DNA of 64,000 nt, taken from NCBI GenBank assembly GCA_023898605.1, contig CP060230.1:241662-305661 (forward strand). Direction: 5' to 3'. Source of the stretch: Candidatus Nomurabacteria bacterium (GTDB lineage: Bacteria; Patescibacteriota; Minisyncoccia; Phycocordibacterales; UBA9973). Positions within the stretch are counted from its first letter, which is position 1. Each line of letters starts with the position of its first letter. The translations under genes and the position numbers were made by a program. The notes below the pieces were generated by a model that did no database searches, was not told the origin of the DNA, and saw nothing but the letters and a program-made list of their open reading frames with translations. This document shows positions 57,062 through 64,000 of this stretch, piece by piece.

Positions 57062-58786
57062 TTATCCTTCGCAACTTACACAAACACTATCCCCTGCTAC
57101 GTACATTACTTTTGGTTTCTTTGAATCCATTTCTTGGAGTTTCTTTCTTCCGAACTGTTGTGCAGCATTCATACTGTGTTGGTAATAAAGAGTCTTTACT
57201 CCCTTCTCCCATGCATATAGATATAGTGAGTTTAGTTCTTTTACTGGCATGTTTGGATCTATCATTATATTTAGTGATTGAGCTTGGTCTATGTATTTTT
57301 GTCTTGTAGCTGCCTGATCTACGATAACTTTTTGGTCTATTTCACTAAATGTTCTAAATACTGTTTTCTCGTGATCTGAAAGAAAATCTAGGTGTTGAAC
57401 TGAACCATCGTTATCTCTTATGCTATCCCAGATTTCTTTTGTATTCTTTCCTTTCTTTTCTAGAAGTTTTTCTAGAATAGGATTTCTTATAGTTACCTTC
57501 ATCTTGTCTACGTCTTTTACAAAAGTATTGGACATAAGTGGCTCTATACTTTGAGAAACTTGTCCCAATATAAACGCAGAAGAAGTAGTAGGTGCAATAG
57601 CCATAAGTGTTGTGTTTCTTCTACCGTATCCTTTCAAAACTTCTGGTTCTCCATATTCTTTTGCAAGGTCTTCTGAAGCTTTGTAAGATCTTTCTTTTAT
57701 AAACTTGAATATTTCTTCGTTTAACTTAGCTGCTTCTTCACTTTCAAAAGGAATATTGTTCTCTTGTAAAAATGTGTGCCATCCAAGAACTCCTAGTCCT
57801 AGTGCTCTGTGTTCTTTTGCAAACTTGTGAGCACGCTTCATGAAATAAAATGCAGATTCTTTGTGTGAGTCTCCGCTATCTCTATAATCTTCTAGTCTGT
57901 TTATAAAATCAGTAAGAACAGAATCAAGAAAAGTAACTAGAGTCTCTACTGCATCTGTATCTTTCCATTCGTTGTAATGTCTGAGGTTCATAGAAGAAAG
58001 GCAACAAACGAAAGAAACTTCGTCGTTAGAAGGAAGACATATTTCAGAACAAAGATTGCTTCCATGTATTGTCATTTTTTTGTCTTTGTATACATCTACA
58101 GTGTTGTTGTTTACATTGTCACTAAATAGTATGTATGGGTAACCTATTTCTGTTCTTCTTTGTATTATTTTTGCCCAAACTTTTCTCTTATCTTCGTCTC
58201 CATCTACCATTTCTTTTAGCCACTTGTCGCCTACAGTAACAGCGTATGTAGATTCTTGTATAGGGTGACCTTCCTTTCCTATATTTAGATACTCTTCAAT
58301 ATCGGGGTGTTCTACTGGTAGGTATGGCGCAACGTGTCCACGTCTAACAGAACCTTGACTAACTATATTGATAAGGTTATCGAAAAGCTCCATAAAATGA
58401 ACAGAACCGGAAGAATGACCATTGCCTGATATTTCTGTACCACGAGGACGAAGACCACCAAAGAATACAGATGTACCACCACCATATTTTGTCATCATTC
58501 CCACCTCGGCATGTGTATATAGAATCCTAGACATGTCATCTTCTGTATAACTTCCGAAGCAACTTATCGGCAATCCTCTAGAAAGTCCGTAGTTTGCCCA
58601 TATCGGTGTGGCCAAAGAGTAGAAACCTCGAGACATATAATCATAAAACTTATCTGCAAACCCTGGTTTGCCGAGATACTTTTCTGCAGTCTCTGCTATA
58701 GCACGAATACGGTCTTCGGCTTCCATGCCTTTTGAGACGTATCCTTTTGATAAAAATTTTCTACTGTTTTCGTTTAGCCAATACAT
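57062..58786 (-). CDS. nrdA: ribonucleotide reductase catalytic (alpha) subunit lacking an N-terminal ATP-cone
   Basis: HGSNLCSEICLPS active-site motif. C-terminal Cys pair (CVSCEG). 574 aa. Confidence 0.75.
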   Translation of the reverse strand: MYWLNENSRKFLSKGYVSKGMEAEDRIRAIAETAEKYLGKPGFADKFYDYMSRGFYSLATPIWANYGLSRGLPISCFGSYTEDDMSRILYTHAEVGMMTKYGGGTSVFFGGLRPRGTEISGNGHSSGSVHFMELFDNLINIVSQGSVRRGHVAPYLPVEHPDIEEYLNIGKEGHPIQESTYAVTVGDKWLKEMVDGDEDKRKVWAKIIQRRTEIGYPYILFSDNVNNNTVDVYKDKKMTIHGSNLCSEICLPSNDEVSFVCCLSSMNLRHYNEWKDTDAVETLVTFLDSVLTDFINRLEDYRDSGDSHKESAFYFMKRAHKFAKEHRALGLGVLGWHTFLQENNIPFESEEAAKLNEEIFKFIKERSYKASEDLAKEYGEPEVLKGYGRRNTTLMAIAPTTSSAFILGQVSQSIEPLMSNTFVKDVDKMKVTIRNPILEKLLEKKGKNTKEIWDSIRDNDGSVQHLDFLSDHEKTVFRTFSEIDQKVIVDQAATRQKYIDQAQSLNIMIDPNMPVKELNSLYLYAWEKGVKTLYYQHSMNAAQQFGRKKLQEMDSKKPKVMYVAGDSVCVSCEG

Positions 58787-58825
58787 ATTATTTTGGTGGT
58801 TAAATTAGTTCTAATAATTGATGAT

Positions 58826-60100
58826 TTAAAATAAATCATCACTGGTAATACTTTTACTCTTTTTATTATAATTGATTGATTTCTTATTGAAAAAGTCCCC
58901 GTGTTTTGTCGCTATAACCTCATCGTAGAACCAGTCAGAATCCTTTAGGAGATTTTCGTCTGTTTCAAAGATTTTCTTTATTCCTATACTATCTAGAGAC
59001 TTGTTGAATCTATCTTTTATGAACTCTATAACAACTGCTTTTGGCAGAAAATCTAGTTCTCCTTTTTCAAATATCCACTCGACTACCTGCTTCTCTGACT
59101 CAAAGGCGTCATTACACATATCGATAACTGCGTCTTCAAATTCTTTGTCGAACCATTCTGGATGTTCTTTCTTGATTATGTTTATAAGATCGATTCCAAA
59201 AAGTCCGTGGATCTGCTCTTCTTTTGAAGTTGCCTCAACAGCGTTGGAGATTCCCTTGAAAAGATTTCTATATTTGTTAAACGACATTATCACCAAGAAC
59301 TGTGAGAAAAGTGATACGTGTTCTATAAATAGAGAGAACAAAAGTATAGACTGGCTGTATTCTTGATTATCTTCACTTCTAGAATTTGCAAGTGATCTTT
59401 CTAGATATTGAACTCTTTTTGTAAGAGCTGGTATATCATTTATTTTTTTGAAAACTTCGTTTAGTCCGAGAATTTCTAGAAGGTGTGCATAAGCGTCTGT
59501 ATGTCTAACTTCACTTTCTGCAAAAGTAGAGCCAACAGCACCAACTTCTGGCTTTGGTATCTTTTTGTATATGTCACCCCAAAAAGTTTTTACTGCAACT
59601 TCGATTTGTGCAATCGCAATCATTGCGTTTCTTATAACATTTCTTTCTTGTTCGTTGACATTGACTTTGAAATCTTGAACGTCACCAACAAAATTGAATT
59701 CTGTGTGTATCCAATATGAGTGTCTTATTGCACTAACGTATTCATAAAGTTCTGGATACTCGTAAGGTTTGAGTGAAAGTCTTTTTTTGAACAAATCTCT
59801 CTTTCTTTCTTTATTTCTTTGTTCTCTATATAGTATGTATGCTTTAGCAACTTCAAAATCACCCTTCTTTGCAATCTCTTGCTCTACAATATTTTGTATA
59901 GATTCAACATCTGGAACATGATCTTTGTCAGAAAACTGATCTTCTACACGCAAAAGGACATGATCAACCAAATAAGTAAGATTGATATCTTCAATAGGAG
60001 TATCAGTAGCTTGGTAAGCCTTCGATATAGCTGCTTCTATTCTCTTTCTATCAAAATCAACTATAGATCCATTTCTTTTTTGGACAAGCTGTATTGTCAT
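58826..60100 (-). CDS. nrdB: ribonucleotide reductase radical-generating (beta) subunit with an N-terminal ATP-cone
   Basis: N-terminal ATP-cone (VQKRNGSIVDFDRKRIEAAISKA), then ferritin-like di-iron motifs (FAESEVRHTDAYAHLLE, EEQIHGLFG). Confidence 0.75.
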   Translation of the reverse strand: MTIQLVQKRNGSIVDFDRKRIEAAISKAYQATDTPIEDINLTYLVDHVLLRVEDQFSDKDHVPDVESIQNIVEQEIAKKGDFEVAKAYILYREQRNKERKRDLFKKRLSLKPYEYPELYEYVSAIRHSYWIHTEFNFVGDVQDFKVNVNEQERNVIRNAMIAIAQIEVAVKTFWGDIYKKIPKPEVGAVGSTFAESEVRHTDAYAHLLEILGLNEVFKKINDIPALTKRVQYLERSLANSRSEDNQEYSQSILLFSLFIEHVSLFSQFLVIMSFNKYRNLFKGISNAVEATSKEEQIHGLFGIDLINIIKKEHPEWFDKEFEDAVIDMCNDAFESEKQVVEWIFEKGELDFLPKAVVIEFIKDRFNKSLDSIGIKKIFETDENLLKDSDWFYDEVIATKHGDFFNKKSINYNKKSKSITSDDLF

Positions 60101-60289
60101 AGGGGTATATATTGATGCTTAAACTATTAATGAGTGTGTAAATACATTGTACCCCACTTGGCGAAGTGCTCGCTACTGTTGAAAACCTCTAAAAAAATAT
60201 TTTTTCTAGTATGTAAAGAATATTTTTTGTCAATAAAAAATTTAGTCCTAAAAAATATACCTTATTTCAGATTCCACAAAAAAGTATTT

Positions 60290-60724
60290 CTAAAAAACCT
60301 CTAGCTTATCAGAAATAGAGCATTTGTTCAGCTCAAAGAAGCCCGAATTTGCCTCCAAAACATACTTTATCGGAACCCCAGAATAGAAAACTTTTGGAAA
60401 AGTTTCTGGAGAAACCTCTCTTTCTACTCCGACGATTTCCATGTCTTCATTTATCCAAATTATGTCTATCGGAAATAGCATGTCTTTCATCCAAAACCCT
60501 GCAATCTGTGGTCTCTCAAACATAAAAAGCATACCTTCGGACTCTCCCATGTATTCTCTGCCTGACAAACCTTGTTTTCTTTCAAGAGTACTGTCAGAAA
60601 TATCGACATAAAGGTTTCTACCACAAATATTTATCTTCGTATCGCTCCTAGAATCAACTTTGTAAATCAAAAAACCTAAACAAAAAAGAAGAGCGAAAGA
60701 AATAAATATATTTTTGTATTTCAT
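60290..60724 (-). CDS. DUF192 domain protein with signal anchor
   Basis: GMLFMFERPQIAGFWMKDMLFPIDIIW pattern of DUF192. Confidence 0.6.
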   Translation of the reverse strand: MKYKNIFISFALLFCLGFLIYKVDSRSDTKINICGRNLYVDISDSTLERKQGLSGREYMGESEGMLFMFERPQIAGFWMKDMLFPIDIIWINEDMEIVGVEREVSPETFPKVFYSGVPIKYVLEANSGFFELNKCSISDKLEVF

Positions 60725-60904
60725 GTGTGTCTATTATAACGAAAAAACTCTTCCAAAAATAGAAGAGTTTTTTCGTAGTACAGATATTCTTTCTTTTGTT
60801 CCACTCTGAAGGTCTTTCCCTATCTTGCCAAAATGTTTTTAGGTCACTCTCATTTATAGACCACTTTATAAAATAAAGTATCGACAACTGGTAAATTTTA
60901 CTTT

Positions 60905-62465
<1,561 letters not shown>

Positions 62466-62692
62466 AGAGTGGAACAAAAGAAAAAATATCTTATGTCCTG
62501 TGTTATATATTGATCTTGCACAAATAAATTCTGTACGATTTTCTGTTTTTACTGAACTAGTTTTTAGAATTATTTGTCATTAAGGCCGATAAGCTCCTTA
62601 AAACAAAACACCTCTCCTAAAACAAAGGTGCAGGAACGATTATAGTCTCTCGGGGCTTATATGTCAAGCGATATAGAAAATAAAAAAAAGCC

Positions 62693-62986
62693 TTATGGTG
62701 TAAGGCTTTTCTGAAGATCTTTACGAAGCTTTTTTCTGAAGTATCTCATATATGTTTTTGGTAGGTTTCCGGTGCCAAAAAATAAAACGAAAAACTCAAG
62801 ATTTTTGTCTTCGATCACCTCAACAATTAAGGGGTGATCTACACCGTACCAGTTTCTAAAAAGATCTATTATTCTGTTTTGTCGTTCTAGGCTATATTTG
62901 CCATTTGCGCGACAAGCAAAAACGAGACCTGGCTTCAAAACTTCTATTATGTCTTCTTTTTTTATTTCTACCGTACTTGTAGACAT
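62693..62986 (-). CDS. stand-alone KH-like domain protein resembling the C-terminal domain of GTPase Der/EngA (start at MSTSTVEI)
   Basis: ...EFFVLFFGTGNLPKTYMRYFRKKLRKDL resembles Der C-terminal ...LPDSYKRYLMNYFRKSL. Terminator hairpin 62684-62711 overlaps the stop codon. Confidence 0.35.
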   Translation of the reverse strand: MSTSTVEIKKEDIIEVLKPGLVFACRANGKYSLERQNRIIDLFRNWYGVDHPLIVEVIEDKNLEFFVLFFGTGNLPKTYMRYFRKKLRKDLQKSLTP

Positions 62987-63087
62987 ATCATTCAAGTATC
63001 TTTTGTTCAAAGTAAATACTATATGAAATAAAAATAAAATAAAGACCCATTGCCGAAAAAATACTTGTATGCTATTATCGTAGCCGT

Positions 63088-63315
63088 ATGACAAATCTCG
63101 CGGCAGTACTGCCGTACATACAGATAATTATCGCCACTCTTATGGTGATTTCCATACTCATGCAAAGATCAGCATCTGGTCTTGGTGCTTTGGGTGGTGG
63201 AGACGATGGAGTCTTCTTCAGGAAGAAGAGGGGTTTTGAAAAATTCCTTTTTAACTTCACAATAGTGTTAGCAATCCTCTTTGCATTGTCTGCTCTATTG
63301 TCTATACTATATTAG
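63088..63315 (+). CDS. secG: preprotein translocase subunit SecG
   Basis: Two TM helices around the Gly-rich SASGLGALGGGDDGVFF loop. Confidence 0.7.
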   Translation: MTNLAAVLPYIQIIIATLMVISILMQRSASGLGALGGGDDGVFFRKKRGFEKFLFNFTIVLAILFALSALLSILY

Positions 63316-63363
63316 ACGAAACATTCTGACTTTCTCGTAATTGTCTTCTTAATATTTTTATTT

Positions 63364-64000
63364 ATGCAAATAAAAAAATTATTCGGTGTAAATTGGCCGA
63401 CTAGAGATGAAATAAGACTCTTGGAAAAAAACTTGAGCGTAAAGGACAATTTGTTCCTTGTTTTTTTCTCTGTGCTTTTCATAATCGGTTTTGGAGGAAT
63501 AGCTTCTAGAGTAAACAATAACTTCTTGGTTTCTATACCACTTCACGGTGGATCACATAGCGAAGGAGTTTTGGGAAGCCCTAGAACAATAAACCCCGTG
63601 TTCGCCTCTTCTGATGCAGATAGAGATATGACACAACTTATATATACCGGACTAATGAGATTTGACGACGAGGGTAATGTACAAAAAGACCTTGCTGAAG
63701 ATTACAGCATAAGCGAAGACGGTCTTGTGTACACTTTTACACTCAAAAAAGGTCTAAAATTCCACGATGGAAAAGACTTAACAACTGAAGATGTTCTGTT
63801 CACAATAAAAACAGTTCAAAACCCTCTGGCAAAAAGTCCAAAGAGAATAAACTGGGAAGGTGTAAGTATAGAAGTAATAGATGAAAGAACTATTTCTTTC
63901 GTTCTAGAAAAACCATATGGTGCATTTATAGAAAACACTACTATAGGAATAATACCGAAACACATCTGGGAAGATATCGCTGTAGAAGATATGTCTTTGT
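63364..64000 (+). CDS. ABC-transporter substrate-binding protein, family 5 (peptide/nickel type), 3'-partial
   Basis: Manual translation MQIKKLFGVNWPTRDEIRLLEKNLSVKDNLFLVFFSVLFIIGFGG... then GLMRFDDEGNVQKDLAEDYSISEDGLVYTFTLKKGLKFHDGKDLTTEDVLFT. Runs off the window. Confidence 0.6.
   Translation, partial: MQIKKLFGVNWPTRDEIRLLEKNLSVKDNLFLVFFSVLFIIGFGGIASRVNNNFLVSIPLHGGSHSEGVLGSPRTINPVFASSDADRDMTQLIYTGLMRFDDEGNVQKDLAEDYSISEDGLVYTFTLKKGLKFHDGKDLTTEDVLFTIKTVQNPLAKSPKRINWEGVSIEVIDERTISFVLEKPYGAFIENTTIGIIPKHIWEDIAVEDMSL

Overview
AT-rich, gene-dense bacterial window with the hallmarks of a Candidate Phyla Radiation (CPR, Parcubacteria-like) genome: small genes, many rho-independent terminators, mostly Shine-Dalgarno-free starts, and reduced versions of core proteins. 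The housekeeping backbone includes a partial topA, rel, parB, miaA, rpmG (not in the ORF track), msrA, clpB, a cysteine desulfurase, infB-rbfA, gyrA, rpsA, pth, lepB, hisS, def-fmt, hpf, uppP, secA, an nrdB-nrdA pair, secG, a 16S rRNA and an RNase P RNA (both minus strand). RNA genes found by eye: tRNA-Leu(CAA), Trp(CCA), Tyr(GUA), Cys(GCA), Leu(UAA), Leu(UAG), Lys(CUU), and a tRNA-Asn(GUU) split by a ~618-nt group I intron that encodes an HNH homing endonuclease. The most unusual region is 34.7-40.0 kb. It starts with the intron-containing tRNA-Asn. Next comes a 1.35-kb cassette bounded by 62-bp direct repeats, carrying a GIY-YIG nuclease and a small-protein/PIN-domain pair. It continues with a series of small hypothetical genes plus an NYN nuclease, interleaved with four copies of a ~140-nt repeat ending in a GC-rich Y-shaped structure. 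Other notable items: nearly every tRNA gene is flanked by short copies of its own 5' and/or 3' end; five tandem T4SS-pilin-like paralogs; an ATP-cone fused to NrdB while NrdA lacks it; a 16S rRNA 3' tail that appears to lack the CCUCC anti-SD; two unannotated Lys/Ala-rich basic mini-proteins; a frameshifted mazF; an IS30 element; and promoter-to-terminator small-RNA candidates.
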